Notes under the pieces: generated by a model
What the model was told of the DNA's origin: nothing
The model's database searches: none
Seen by the model: only the letters and a program-made list of their open reading frames with translations
Part shown: piece by piece, positions 9,305 through 19,244 of the stretch
Layout: every line of letters starts with the position of its first letter
How positions within the stretch are numbered: the first letter of the stretch is position 1
Made by a program: the position numbers and the translations under genes
Source of the DNA: Acidimicrobiia bacterium
Lineage (GTDB): Bacteria > Actinomycetota > Acidimicrobiia > Acidimicrobiales > Aldehydirespiratoraceae
Assembly (NCBI GenBank): GCA_030432715.1
Contig: JAUIML010000003.1
Span: 1-58,889, forward strand
Length of the DNA stretch: 58,889 nt
Direction: 5' to 3'

Positions 9305-9979
9305 CTACCGAGGTGTGCGGTGCCGACCCGCCTCGTGGCGGGCCCGCACCTGGCGGTCGGCGGCGCGCGCGAAGTCGGGATGGACGTTGCGGAGCTCGAC
9401 CCAACGACCCGTGCCGTCGAGCACGACCGACACGCGGCGACGGTTGGCGAGCGTGGAACTGACCGTCAACGCCACCAGGCCACCGAGCATCGCCACCACG
9501 AGGAGGACCACGCCGAATGACTCGTGACGAACCGGCAGCCAGTCGACATAGGCCGAGGGCGCGGCGAGCACGGCGACACCGGTGACGAAGGCGAGCACCG
9601 GAACGGCCGCGACCCAGTTGCCCCAGCCGATGATGCGGTTCTGGTCCTCGAGCGCGGCGCGGGTCATGGGCACCGACCCGCCGACCCGACCCGGGCGCCG
9701 ACCGAAGACCCACATGACGGCGATGGCGACGATGCCGAGGGGTCCGAGCAACAGCAACAGCAACCACCAGGCCTGGAAGGACGACTCGTCGCTCTCGACG
9801 CCCACCAGCCCGTCGGCCGGGGCCCCGGTGCGGGCACAGACCATCGGCAGGTCGCCCACCACGAAATCATCGACGGGGACCCGGGCGAGACAGCCCTGCG
9901 CTCGCCGGGACGACGGCGACACCGCGGCCAACAGCGCGAGGAAGCCGACCACGAGGACGCCGAAGATCAGGACGGACAT
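9305..9979 (-). CDS. Hypothetical membrane protein
   Basis: Several hydrophobic helices; LPMVCARTG and C-terminal VELRNVHPDFA; fills the gap in the operon orientation. Confidence 0.7.
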   Translation of the reverse strand: MSVLIFGVLVVGFLALLAAVSPSSRRAQGCLARVPVDDFVVGDLPMVCARTGAPADGLVGVESDESSFQAWWLLLLLLGPLGIVAIAVMWVFGRRPGRVGGSVPMTRAALEDQNRIIGWGNWVAAVPVLAFVTGVAVLAAPSAYVDWLPVRHESFGVVLLVVAMLGGLVALTVSSTLANRRRVSVVLDGTGRWVELRNVHPDFARAADRQVRARHEAGRHRTPR

Positions 9980-9983
9980 CTGC

Positions 9984-10637
9984 TCAGACTAGGCCGAAGC
10001 GGCCGAACGGGAAATCGAGGAGCGAGTCGAGCAGCAGGTCGGCGTCGTGCGGTGGATCGAGCACGGTGATGCGGTTGGGCACGACGAGGCAGGTCATGCC
10101 GGCGGCCTTGGCCGCCGCGCACCCGTGCCGTGAGTCCTCGATCGCAACCGCATCGCCCGGATCGACACCGAGTTCGGCTGCCGCCGAGAGGTAGAGGTCC
10201 GGGGCCGGCTTGCCCCGGTCGACGTGGTCGCGGGTCCGGATGGTGACGAAGTGGTGGATCAGCTCGAGCCGTTGGAGGTGCGGCTCGACCCACGCGGACG
10301 TGGAACTCGACGCGACCGCGAGCGGGATTCCGGCGTCGGCCGCCGCAGAGATGACCTCGACGACGCCGGGGAACAGCCCCATCTCCTCGGCCCAGGTCGC
10401 CCGCCGGCGGGCGGCCGACCGGATGATCTCCGGATCGGGCGGCTCGCCCAGCGCCTCTTCGAGCAGTTCGGGCAGCGACTTGTTGTCGGCGAGTCCGATC
10501 CCCTTGACCCACTCCTCGAGTGCGTAGTCGAGGCCGTGGGCGCGGAAGGCATCCCTGACGAGCTCGAAGATGGGCCACTCGGTGTCGGCGATCGTGCCGT
10601 CGAAGTCGAAGACGATGGCCGCCGGCCTCTCGCTCAC
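9984..10637 (-). CDS. HAD-superfamily phosphatase
   Basis: FDFDGT, ASSS, GKPAPDLY, IEDS motifs. Confidence 0.92.
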   Translation of the reverse strand: MSERPAAIVFDFDGTIADTEWPIFELVRDAFRAHGLDYALEEWVKGIGLADNKSLPELLEEALGEPPDPEIIRSAARRRATWAEEMGLFPGVVEVISAAADAGIPLAVASSSTSAWVEPHLQRLELIHHFVTIRTRDHVDRGKPAPDLYLSAAAELGVDPGDAVAIEDSRHGCAAAKAAGMTCLVVPNRITVLDPPHDADLLLDSLLDFPFGRFGLV

Positions 10638-10969
10638 AGGGCGAGATGTTCGTCGTCGCGCAGCTTGGTGGCCATCGTGAACGCGGCCCCCCGCAGGGTG
10701 CGCAGGCGGTCGTTCACCGGGCGCACACGATCGTCGGCGATCGCGTGGCCGTTGGCCGGGTGGATCGTCAGGTCCCGCAGGCTGCCCATACCGCCGAACG
10801 CAGCCAACAGGTGACCCAGGGCGTCGGGGTGACCTTCGGCGATGAGTCGTCGATCGCGCTCGATCCAGTCGGCCCAACGATCCTCGTCCCAGGCCCGCAG
10901 GAGCGATCCGAGTTCGTCGAGCACCCGGAGGAGATCGTCTCGTTCGGGGGTGGCATTGCGGCGGGCCAT
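10634..10969 (-). CDS. Small hypothetical protein (DUF6966-like, GGMGS motif)
   Basis: WADWIE...LLAAFGGMGSLRD. Stop overlaps the HAD start. Confidence 0.7.
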   Translation of the reverse strand: MARRNATPERDDLLRVLDELGSLLRAWDEDRWADWIERDRRLIAEGHPDALGHLLAAFGGMGSLRDLTIHPANGHAIADDRVRPVNDRLRTLRGAAFTMATKLRDDEHLAL

Positions 10970-11005
10970 CACCCAAGAGTGGCGCACCGGAGGCCGTCGC
11001 GGGGG

Positions 11006-12217
11006 TCAGACGGTGAAGTCGAGTACGAACCAGTGGTCGGCGTGGGGTTCCTCGTTGAAGGGCTCGACCTCCACGAAACCCTCGCTGCGATAGAGCGAGA
11101 TGGCTTCGGTCAGCGCCCGGTTGGTCTCGAGCCGCACGCCGGAACGCCCCATGGCCCTGGCCTCGGCCACCAGGCGGCGCAGCAGTCGGCGACCGACACC
11201 ACGCCCCCGGACCTCGTCGCTCACCCACATCCGCTTGATGTCGATGACTGCGGGATCGACCGCCTTCAGAGCACCACAGGCGACCGGCCGCCCGGCCAAT
11301 CGGCCCGCCACGAACAACCCGTCGGGCGGACTGATCTCGTGCGGGTCCGACGTGAAGATCGCCGCCCGGTCGAGGCCGGTCTCGAACCGTCGATCGATTT
11401 CGGCGTAGTACTGCTCGATCAGCCAGCGGGCATCGTCGCTGTCGGCCGGCTCGGGCCGCAGGAGGACCATCGTCGGCACCGCCGCCACGATGGCCTCCAC
11501 GAGGCCGGGGATCGTGTGGGGATCGGCTTCGACGTCGACCGACAGGTCGAGGGCCCGCGCCGCTTCGGCGGTGGCCGGCCCGATGCAGGCCAGCACGGGC
11601 GGCAGGTTCTCACGCCCCACTCCCTCCACGAGGTGGCGGACCGTCGAGGCCGATGTGAAGGCGGCGACGTCGGCATGGCGACAGGTCGTGCGGTCGGCGG
11701 TCGGCACCGGCACGCCGACCGTGCGGTAGGCCGCGACGTCGTGCACGGTCCATCCGCGGGATCGCAGCCCTTCGGGAAGCACGGCCCGAGCGGTCTCGGC
11801 CCGGGCGAGCACCATGGTGCCGCCGTCCGGTCCGGGGTCGGGAAGCGCATCGAGGAGCCCCTCCGCGATCGAGCTGCCCGGCACGAGGTCGACGCGCAGC
11901 CCGGCGGCGAGGGCCCGGGCCCTCGTGCCGGGACCGATCGCCGCGACCGACACGCCGTCGGGCAGTGGTCGATCACGGAGCGCGGCGGCCACCCGCGTTG
12001 CGCCGTTGGGGCTGCTGACCACCAGCCAGTCGCCGGCGTCGAGCGAGGCCAACGCCGCCCGGAGGGCCGCACCGTCGTCAGCCGGATCGGTGATCTCGAT
12101 GACCGGGACGGGGACCGCGGTGGCCCCTTCGGCCTCGAGCGCCGACACGAGGGAGGCCGACTGTGCGCGCGGTCGAGTGACGACCACCCGGACACCGTGG
12201 AGCGGCGCGACGCTCAC
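11006..12217 (-). CDS. hemD: Uroporphyrinogen-III synthase fused to a C-terminal GNAT acetyltransferase
   Basis: VVVTRPRAQ, SSPNGA, AIGPGT, AYRT, FTSASTV, ACIGPATA, then in frame IKRMWV...RGRGVGRRLL...RLETN...AISLY. Confidence 0.9.
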   Translation of the reverse strand: MSVAPLHGVRVVVTRPRAQSASLVSALEAEGATAVPVPVIEITDPADDGAALRAALASLDAGDWLVVSSPNGATRVAAALRDRPLPDGVSVAAIGPGTRARALAAGLRVDLVPGSSIAEGLLDALPDPGPDGGTMVLARAETARAVLPEGLRSRGWTVHDVAAYRTVGVPVPTADRTTCRHADVAAFTSASTVRHLVEGVGRENLPPVLACIGPATAEAARALDLSVDVEADPHTIPGLVEAIVAAVPTMVLLRPEPADSDDARWLIEQYYAEIDRRFETGLDRAAIFTSDPHEISPPDGLFVAGRLAGRPVACGALKAVDPAVIDIKRMWVSDEVRGRGVGRRLLRRLVAEARAMGRSGVRLETNRALTEAISLYRSEGFVEVEPFNEEPHADHWFVLDFTV

Positions 12218-13107
12218 CGAGCGTCCACGAGCAGGTCGGCGCCACCCGCGTCGTCGAGCAGATGGCGGGCCGCGGCCCGCCCGAGCGCCTCGGGCTCGCG
12301 TCCCCGCCGGCGGTCGCGGATCAGGACCCGGCCGTCGAGCGAGGCCAACACGGCGACCAGTTCGATCTCGTCGCCCTCGAGCACGGCGTGAGCCCCGGCC
12401 GGAAGGTCGCAGTCGCCGCCGAGTTCGGAGAGGAAGGCCCGTTCGGCGTCGACGGCTCGACGGGTCGGCGCATGGTCGATCGCCCGCAACCGCTCGATGG
12501 TCGGGCCGTCGTCGACCCGGCACTCGATGGCCAGTGCGCCCTGAGCGACCTGGGGCAGCATCACCGACGGGTCGAGACGGTCGATCACGGGAGCCGAGAG
12601 CCCGAGCCGGTCGATCGCCGCAGCCGCGACCACGATCGCGTCGAAGTCGGCGGCCTTCTCCATCCGCGTGGGCACATTGCCCCGCAGCTCGGAGAACCGC
12701 AGGTCGGGTCGCAGCCAGGCCATCTGCGCCCGGCGCCGAACCGACCCCGTGGCCACGTGGGCCCCCGGCGCGAGATCGTCCCAGCGGCAGCCAACGAGCG
12801 CATCGCGGGGGTCGGCCCGTTCGGGGACGGCGATCAGCACCAGGCCGTCGGGTGTTTCCGCCGGGAGATCCTTGCCGGAGTGCACGGCGAGATCGGCGCG
12901 GCCGTCGAGCACCGCCGCCTGGACCTCTTTGACGAAGACGCCCTTGCCGCCGATCGCGTGCAGGGGGGTGGACTTGTCGCGGTCGCCGAGCGTCGACACG
13001 ATCACCTCGTCGACCCCGCCGCCGCCCGACGCGTCGAGCAGGGCGCCCACGTGGGCCGTCTGCCAACGGGCGAGAGCGCTGCCCCGGGTGGCCGCCCGCA
13101 AGGTCAT
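12214..13107 (-). CDS. hemC: Hydroxymethylbilane synthase
   Basis: ATRGSALARWQ, GKGVFVKE, VHSGKD, GSVRR, LRGNVPTR, LGGDC. Confidence 0.96.
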   Translation of the reverse strand: MTLRAATRGSALARWQTAHVGALLDASGGGGVDEVIVSTLGDRDKSTPLHAIGGKGVFVKEVQAAVLDGRADLAVHSGKDLPAETPDGLVLIAVPERADPRDALVGCRWDDLAPGAHVATGSVRRRAQMAWLRPDLRFSELRGNVPTRMEKAADFDAIVVAAAAIDRLGLSAPVIDRLDPSVMLPQVAQGALAIECRVDDGPTIERLRAIDHAPTRRAVDAERAFLSELGGDCDLPAGAHAVLEGDEIELVAVLASLDGRVLIRDRRRGREPEALGRAAARHLLDDAGGADLLVDAR

Positions 13108-13117
13108 CGTCGGCGGC

Positions 13118-14377
13118 TCAGAGATCGAACAGGTCGCGCAACGACTCGGCCAGGCGATCGCCGCGGGCTCGCCCGGCGGCGTCCTTGAGCCGAACGGTCG
13201 GCTGGTGGAGCAGCTTGTTGACGATGCCCTTCGTGAGGGCCTCGACCGCCTCGCGTTCGGCCGGCTCCAGGCCGGCGAGCTTCTTGGCATGACGCTCGAG
13301 CTCGGTCGTGCGGATGAACTCGGCGGTGGCGCGGAGGTCGCCGATCAGCGGAGCGACCTCACGGGCCGACACCATCGCGTGATAGCGGTCGACCTCGGCG
13401 TCGACGATCGCCCGCACGCTCTCGACCTCGTTGTTGCGTCCTTCCAGACCCGTGTCGATGAACGCACCGATGTCGTCCATGTCGAGCAGGGTCACCCCGG
13501 GCAGCGCCCGGGCCGCGGGGTCGACGTCGCGGGGGACGGCGACGTCGACGATCACGAGATCGCGGCCGTCGCGCTGGGCGGCGAGGCCGGTGACGTCGGA
13601 GGCTTCGAGGATGAGGTCCTGCGCACCCGTGGTCGTGACCAACACGTCGACCCGAGCGAGGGCGGTCGCCAACTGGTCGAGGGGCACGGCGACACCGGCG
13701 CAGGCCGAGGCGAGCGCCACGGCCCGCTCCCAGGTGCGGTTGGCGACGAGGACCTCTGCGGCGCCGGCCTTGGCCAACGACTTGACCGTTCCCTCGGCCA
13801 TCTCACCCGCGCCGATCACCAGGACGGTGCGACCGCGGATGCCGCCGATGCGGTCACCGGCGAGCGCCACTGCGGCCTGCGAGACCGAGGCGATCCCGCG
13901 GGCGATCGAGGTCTCGGTGCGGGCCCGCTTGCCGGTCTCGACCGCATGGCGGAACAGCCCGCCCAGGGCGGAGCCGACCGTGCCCTCGACGCGCGCCGTC
14001 TCCCAGGCGTCGCGGACCTGCCCGAGGATCTCGTGTTCGCCGACCACGGCCGAATCGAGACCGGCGGCGACGGAGAAGAGGTGGCGGACGGCCTCGGTGT
14101 CGTGATGGGCGTAGAGGTGGTCGGCGACGTCTTCGGGGGCCAGCCCGGCCTGCCGGGCGAGGAACTCGCGGACGTCCTGGTAGCCACCGTGGAACCGCTC
14201 GGCGAAGGCGTAGACCTCGATTCGGTTGCAGGTCGACACCACGACGACTTCGGAGAGGTTCTCGGCCTCACCCAGTCCGGAGAGCGCCTTGGGGAGGCCA
14301 CCGGGCGCGATCGTCATCCGCTCGAGCTTGGCGAGCGGGGTCGACCGGTGGTTGCAGCCAATGGCGACGATCGACAC
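13118..14377 (-). CDS. hemA: Glutamyl-tRNA reductase
   Basis: STCNRIE, GLDSAVVGEHEILGQV, IGAGEM, DVAVPRDV, KLLHQP. Confidence 0.97.
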   Translation of the reverse strand: MSIVAIGCNHRSTPLAKLERMTIAPGGLPKALSGLGEAENLSEVVVVSTCNRIEVYAFAERFHGGYQDVREFLARQAGLAPEDVADHLYAHHDTEAVRHLFSVAAGLDSAVVGEHEILGQVRDAWETARVEGTVGSALGGLFRHAVETGKRARTETSIARGIASVSQAAVALAGDRIGGIRGRTVLVIGAGEMAEGTVKSLAKAGAAEVLVANRTWERAVALASACAGVAVPLDQLATALARVDVLVTTTGAQDLILEASDVTGLAAQRDGRDLVIVDVAVPRDVDPAARALPGVTLLDMDDIGAFIDTGLEGRNNEVESVRAIVDAEVDRYHAMVSAREVAPLIGDLRATAEFIRTTELERHAKKLAGLEPAEREAVEALTKGIVNKLLHQPTVRLKDAAGRARGDRLAESLRDLFDL

Positions 14378-14504
14378 GGAGGGCCTTACGGGCAGCGGAT
14401 GTGGTGGGAAACGTGCGGCCGGCGACGAGCACGCGTCGGCAACACTCCAGCGTGACGGAAAAGGCGGTGCTTTGCCAACCTCTGGGCCGTCGCGGCGACC
14501 TTCG

Positions 14505-15134
14505 TCACAGGTCCCGCTGAAGATGGAATCCCAGGATCTGCAGCTCCGTCGACAGATCCACCATCCGGACCTCGACCGTGTCGGGCACGCTGACCACCCG
14601 CGGACTGAAATCGAGAATCGACCGCACCCCCGCGGCCACCAGCAGATCGGCCGTCTCCTGCGCGGCCTCGGCCGGTGTCGCGATCACCCCGATGGCGACC
14701 TCGAGATCGTGGACGAGGGCCGCGAGCTCGTCGGGAGAATGCACCCGAAGCCCGTCGATGGTGGTGCCGACGATCTCGGGATCGACGTCGATCGCGGCCA
14801 CCACCGGGAACCCCCGCTCGGTGAACCCCGTGTGCTTGGCCAGGGCCCTGCCCAGGTTGCCGAGCCCGCACACGACGACCGGCCAGGTGTTGGCCACGCC
14901 CAGCGCCCGGCTCACCTCGAAGGTGAGGTGACGCACGTCGTAGCCGACCCCGCGGGTGCCGTGGGTCCCGAGGTAGCTGAGGTCCTTGCGCACCTTGGCC
15001 GCGTTCACCCCGGCCCGTTCCGCCAGGACGTCGGAACTCGTCGTGGGCTCTCCCGCCGCAGCCAGTTCGGTCAGGCTGCGCAGGTACAACGGAAGCCGGG
15101 CGACCGTCGCCTCGGGGATGTGTCCTGTAGCCAC
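14505..15134 (-). CDS. rex: Redox-sensing transcriptional repressor Rex
   Basis: IPEATVARLPLY, KVRKDLSYLG..GTRGVGY, GLGNLG; upstream of hemA. Confidence 0.96.
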   Translation of the reverse strand: MATGHIPEATVARLPLYLRSLTELAAAGEPTTSSDVLAERAGVNAAKVRKDLSYLGTHGTRGVGYDVRHLTFEVSRALGVANTWPVVVCGLGNLGRALAKHTGFTERGFPVVAAIDVDPEIVGTTIDGLRVHSPDELAALVHDLEVAIGVIATPAEAAQETADLLVAAGVRSILDFSPRVVSVPDTVEVRMVDLSTELQILGFHLQRDL

Positions 15135-15152
15135 ACGCTTACGGTACGGAAT

Positions 15153-15170
15153 TCGTGAACGCTTTCACAA
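15153..15170. promoter_or_regulatory. Rex operator (autoregulation of rex-hem)
   Basis: TCGTGAA-CGCT-TTCACAA, near-consensus, about 19 bp upstream of the rex start and next to a TACCGT -10. Confidence 0.85.
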
Positions 15171-15179
15171 GCGCACGAG

Positions 15180-16673
15180 TCAGCGAAGTTCGCGGCGCAG
15201 GACCTTTCCACCGAGACCACGGGGGATCTCGTCGACCACGTCGACCTTCGTGGGGCACTTGTAGCGGGCGAGTTCGGTCGCACACCATTCGATGAGTTCG
15301 TCCTCCTCGACGGCGCGGTCGGGCTTCGCGACCACGAACGCCTTGACGGCCTCGCCGCTGTGGGGGTGCGGAACCCCGACCACACCGGCCTCGGCCACGG
15401 CCGGATGGGTCTCGAGCACCCGCTCGACTTCGGCGGGGAAGACGTTGAACCCGCTGACGATGATCAGATCCTTCGCCCGGTCGACGAGATAGAGGATGCC
15501 GTCGTCGTCGACCACGGCCATGTCGCCCGTGTGCAACCAGCCGTCGGCGTCGAGCACCCTCGCGGTCGCCTCGGGATCGTCGAAGTACCCGGGAAACACG
15601 TTGGGCCCCCGCACGAGCACTTCACCCGTGTCGCCGATGTAGACGTCGTCGCCCTCGGCGTCGACCAAGCGGACCTCGACGCCCGGAATGGGTCGACCGA
15701 TGGAGCCGACCGGGTCGTCGCCCGACGCGACGGTGACGGACGGACTCGCCTCGGTCAGGCCGTAGCCCTCGTGGATCCGAAAACCCAGCCGGTCGCGGGC
15801 GTCGTGGACCACGCGGTCGGGAATCGACGCGGCGCCCGAGACGGCCAGGCGGAGCGAGGCGAACGCCTCCGGCCGGGCGTCGTCGACATGGGTGAGCGCC
15901 GACCACATGGTGGGCGGACCGGCCAGCACCGTCACCCGTTCGTGTTCGATCGTGTCGATCATCGACATCGGGTCGAACCGCTCGACGAGGACGAGCGTGC
16001 TCCCCACCCACATCGCCAGATTGAGGATCGAGTTCAGCCCGAGCACGTGGAACAGGGGCACGACACAGATCGAGACGTCGTCGGGGCGGGTCACCTGGTC
16101 GGGACGACTCAGCATCTGGCGGAGGTTGGCCGCGAAGTTGCCGTGGGTCAGCATGGCGGCCTTCGGGCTGCCGGCGGTGCCGCTCGTGAAGAGCAGGGCG
16201 CAGAGGTCGTCGTCGGCCCGATCGACGATCGGGGCACCGTTGTCGAGCTGCATGGCCTCGTCCAGATCCACGGTGCCGCCGAGGTCGGCGCCGGTCGGTG
16301 CGAAGATGTGCTCGAGGGTGGGCACCGCCGAACGGTCGAGATCCCGCAGCGTCGCGATGCCCGCCGGACCGGCGATGACGGCGCGGACGCCCACGGCCGA
16401 GAACTCGCGTTCGACCTCCGGCGCCGGCGCCTGCGGGTTGACCGGCACGGCCACGAAGCCGGCGCCGATGACGGCGTACCAGGCCCGCACGAAGCGGGGG
16501 TTGGTGCCACACATGATCGCGACCCGATCGCCTTCGTCGAGGCCCAGCCGTCCGAGCACGCCGCGCACCGCATCGATCTCGTCACGGAGTCGCCCGTAGC
16601 TGATGCGGTCGCCGCCGGCGACGATCGCGGTCCGGTCGCCGGGGTGGTCTTCGAGGAGTGTCGCCAGGTTCAC
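15180..16673 (-). CDS. Long-chain fatty acid-CoA ligase (AMP-binding)
   Basis: FTSGTAGSPK, EGYGLTE, GWLHTGD, DRAKDLIIVSGFNV, ARYKCP. Confidence 0.93.
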   Translation of the reverse strand: MNLATLLEDHPGDRTAIVAGGDRISYGRLRDEIDAVRGVLGRLGLDEGDRVAIMCGTNPRFVRAWYAVIGAGFVAVPVNPQAPAPEVEREFSAVGVRAVIAGPAGIATLRDLDRSAVPTLEHIFAPTGADLGGTVDLDEAMQLDNGAPIVDRADDDLCALLFTSGTAGSPKAAMLTHGNFAANLRQMLSRPDQVTRPDDVSICVVPLFHVLGLNSILNLAMWVGSTLVLVERFDPMSMIDTIEHERVTVLAGPPTMWSALTHVDDARPEAFASLRLAVSGAASIPDRVVHDARDRLGFRIHEGYGLTEASPSVTVASGDDPVGSIGRPIPGVEVRLVDAEGDDVYIGDTGEVLVRGPNVFPGYFDDPEATARVLDADGWLHTGDMAVVDDDGILYLVDRAKDLIIVSGFNVFPAEVERVLETHPAVAEAGVVGVPHPHSGEAVKAFVVAKPDRAVEEDELIEWCATELARYKCPTKVDVVDEIPRGLGGKVLRRELR

Positions 16674-16715
16674 GGCCGCATGATGCCACGCGCCTGCTGC
16701 CGGACGACAAGGAGG

Positions 16716-16741
16716 CTCAAGGATCCCGGCGGTCGGCCGAA
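16716..16741 (+). promoter_or_regulatory. Putative sigma-28/WhiG-type promoter for the CAP gene
   Basis: CTCA-N16-GCCGAA, 11 bp before the ATG. Confidence 0.6.
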
Positions 16742-16752
16742 GGGAAGGTGTC

Positions 16753-17392
16753 ATGAACCGCGCCCCGGATACCCGACGTCTCCGCACCCGGAACCGGCTG
16801 GTGTTCGTGGTCGTCGCCACCCTGGCGGTGGTCGGTTCACTGCTCTGGCACGAGCCGGCGGCCGTCTCGGCCTCGGCGGACGACGAGGCCGCCTTCGTCG
16901 CTGCGCTCAACCAGGTGCGGGCGGAACACGGGCTGGCGCCCTTCGTCGTGAACCGGGAGCTCTCCGACCTGGCCCGCGCCCATGCGCAGGTGATGGCCGA
17001 CGCCGGCGAGATCTTCCATGCCAGCCCGATCAGCGCCGGGTTCACCGGATCGTGGAAGAAGCTCGGCGAGAACGTCGGTGTCGGCGCCAACGTTCAGGTG
17101 TTGGTCGATGCCTTCGTCGCCAGTTCGGGCCACTTCGCGAACATCATCGACCCGTCGTTCGTCGAGATCGGGGTGGGCGTCGTGTGGAAGGACTCCGCCC
17201 TCTACACCACCCACCGCTTCCTCCAACCCCAGGCTGCGGTCCACCACGACCGCACCCCCGACCACCACCACCCCGCCCACCACGACCGCACCGCCGGTCA
17301 CCACCACGACCGTTGCACCGCTCCCCGCTCCGGCGATCACTCCGGAACGGATGATCGCCCTGCTCGAGATGCTCGACCAGGTCGGAACCTGA
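16753..17392 (+). CDS. Secreted CAP/SCP-domain protein with Thr/Pro-rich tail; frameshift near 17240
   Basis: LNQVRAEHGL...GENVG...SSGHFANI...IGVGV. The Thr-rich tail (TTTAPPTTTT...) is in another frame and ends at 17392, 5 nt before the next ATG. Confidence 0.8.
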
Positions 17393-17397
17393 ACTCG

Positions 17398-18357
17398 ATG
17401 ACATCCACCGACGCCCCCTCGATCATCACCCGCGCCCTCTCCCGCTCGTTCGACGATCGCGTCGCGGTCGACGGCCTCGATCTGGAAGTCCGACGCGGCG
17501 AGGTCCTCGCCCTGCTGGGCCCGAACGGGGCGGGCAAGACCACGACCGTGAGAATGCTCAACGGTGTGCTCACCCCCGACCGCGGAGAGGTGCGGGTTCT
17601 CGGGCTCGACCCTACGGTCAACGGTGACGAGGTGCGCCGACGCACCGGCGTACTCACCGAGAACGCCGGGCTCGACGACCGGCTGACGGCACGCGAGAAC
17701 CTCGAATACACCGCTCGGATGCGCGGCTACTCGATCGCCGACGCCCACGCTCGCGTCGCCGACCAGCTCGATCGCTTCTCCATGCGCGACATGGCCGACC
17801 TCCGCACGGCGGGGTTCTCGACCGGCCAGCGCAAGCGCCTGGCGCTCGCCCGCGCCCTGCTCCACGACCCCGAGATCCTCTTCCTCGACGAACCCACGTC
17901 GGGTCTCGATCCGGCTGCGACCCGCGAGGTCACCGACCTGATCGGCACCCTCGCCCGCGAGCACGGCCGCACGGTGCTCCTCGCCACCCACTTCCTCGGT
18001 GAGGCCGGCCGGGTCGCCGACCGAATGGCGGTCCTCGACCGCGGACGACTCCGGGCCCTCGGGCGACCGGACGACCTCGCCGCCGAACTCTGGGACGGTG
18101 TGCCCGCCGACCTCGACTTCGGCGGCCCCGTGAGCCAGGCCGTGCTCGATCTCGTCGACAGTGTCGACGGCGTGTTGCGCACCGAGGCCCGGGCAACGGG
18201 AGCCACGATCGCCATCCGCGACCGGGCCACGATGGCCCGGGTCCTCGCCACCCTCGCCGGTCGCCGGATCGACGTCTTCGGGGCGACGATCCGTCAGGCC
18301 TCGATGGAGGACGTCTACTTCGCGCTGGAGTCGAGCTTCGCCACGGAGCCCCGATGA
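17398..18357 (+). CDS. ABC transporter ATP-binding protein
   Basis: GPNGAGKTT, FSTGQ, LFLDEPT, H-loop. Confidence 0.93.
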   Translation: MTSTDAPSIITRALSRSFDDRVAVDGLDLEVRRGEVLALLGPNGAGKTTTVRMLNGVLTPDRGEVRVLGLDPTVNGDEVRRRTGVLTENAGLDDRLTARENLEYTARMRGYSIADAHARVADQLDRFSMRDMADLRTAGFSTGQRKRLALARALLHDPEILFLDEPTSGLDPAATREVTDLIGTLAREHGRTVLLATHFLGEAGRVADRMAVLDRGRLRALGRPDDLAAELWDGVPADLDFGGPVSQAVLDLVDSVDGVLRTEARATGATIAIRDRATMARVLATLAGRRIDVFGATIRQASMEDVYFALESSFATEPR

Positions 18358-19232
18358 CCACGACCTCACCCGCCACCACCCCACCCGCCTCCACCCCACC
18401 CGCCTCGGCCACTCCCCGCCTCGGTCCCGACGTCCACGCGATCCGAGCCATCGTCGCCCGGGATCTCCGCGCCGTACGCCGCAGCAAGGCGGTCGTGATC
18501 CCGATGCTCACCGTGCCGGTGATCCTGATGGTCGTGCTGCCGCTGGTGGTCGGCTACGCGGCGCGGCGAGCGAGCCGAACCGGTGCCCGCATCGAGTTCC
18601 TCGACTCCCTGCCCTCGCAGTTGGCCGATCCCATCTCGAGCCTCCCTCCCGAGGAGCAGCTGCTGACCCTCGTGCTCGGCTTTCTCCTTGCCCCCCTCTT
18701 CCTCATCGTCCCGCTCATGGTGTCGGCGGTGTTGGCCGCCGACGCGTTCGCCGGGGAGAAGGAGCGTCGAACGATGGAGACGCTCCTGCATCTCCCGATC
18801 GCCGACCGCGACCTGTTCATCGCCAAGTTCCTGACCGGCTTCCTGCCTGCGGTGGCCGTCTCCTGGATCGGCTTCGCCTGCTTCACCGTGGTCGCCAACG
18901 CCGTGTCCTACGGCATCGTCGACGGGCTCGTGGTGCCCAACGCGCTCTGGTTGATCGTCATCTTCTGGGTGGCCCCGGCCATCGCCACGCTCGGTCTCGG
19001 GATCATGGTGCGGGTCTCGGCCCGGTGCAGCACCACCCAGGAAGCGAACCAGCTCGGCGGTGCGGTGATCCTTCCGCTGGTCTTCCTCGCGGTCGGCCAG
19101 TCGACGGGCCTCCTGCTCGTCGATGCCCCGCTGGCCCTCGCCATCGGCGGCGTCATCTGGTTGGTCGCCCTCACGCTCGTGGTGCGCGGCGCGGCACGGT
19201 TCACCCGGGACCGGGTGGCCGGAACCGGCTGA
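18354..19232 (+). CDS. ABC-2 type permease
   Basis: FAGEKERRTMETLL, multiple TM helices; ATGA overlap with the ATPase. Confidence 0.92.
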   Translation: MTTTSPATTPPASTPPASATPRLGPDVHAIRAIVARDLRAVRRSKAVVIPMLTVPVILMVVLPLVVGYAARRASRTGARIEFLDSLPSQLADPISSLPPEEQLLTLVLGFLLAPLFLIVPLMVSAVLAADAFAGEKERRTMETLLHLPIADRDLFIAKFLTGFLPAVAVSWIGFACFTVVANAVSYGIVDGLVVPNALWLIVIFWVAPAIATLGLGIMVRVSARCSTTQEANQLGGAVILPLVFLAVGQSTGLLLVDAPLALAIGGVIWLVALTLVVRGAARFTRDRVAGTG

Positions 19233-19244
19233 GGACTCCCGCGC

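Noticed and set aside
16753-18357. 534-aa CAP-ABC ATPase fusion in the ORF track
   Set aside because: Explained by a frameshift near 17240. The natural tail and stop (17392) and a separate ATG (17398) exist.
18364-18422. 15-nt tandem repeats at the permease 5' end, and ACC-rich tracts at about 17240-17310 and 57400-57530
   Set aside because: They encode low-complexity Thr/Pro linkers. There are no unique spacers or cas genes, so this is not CRISPR.
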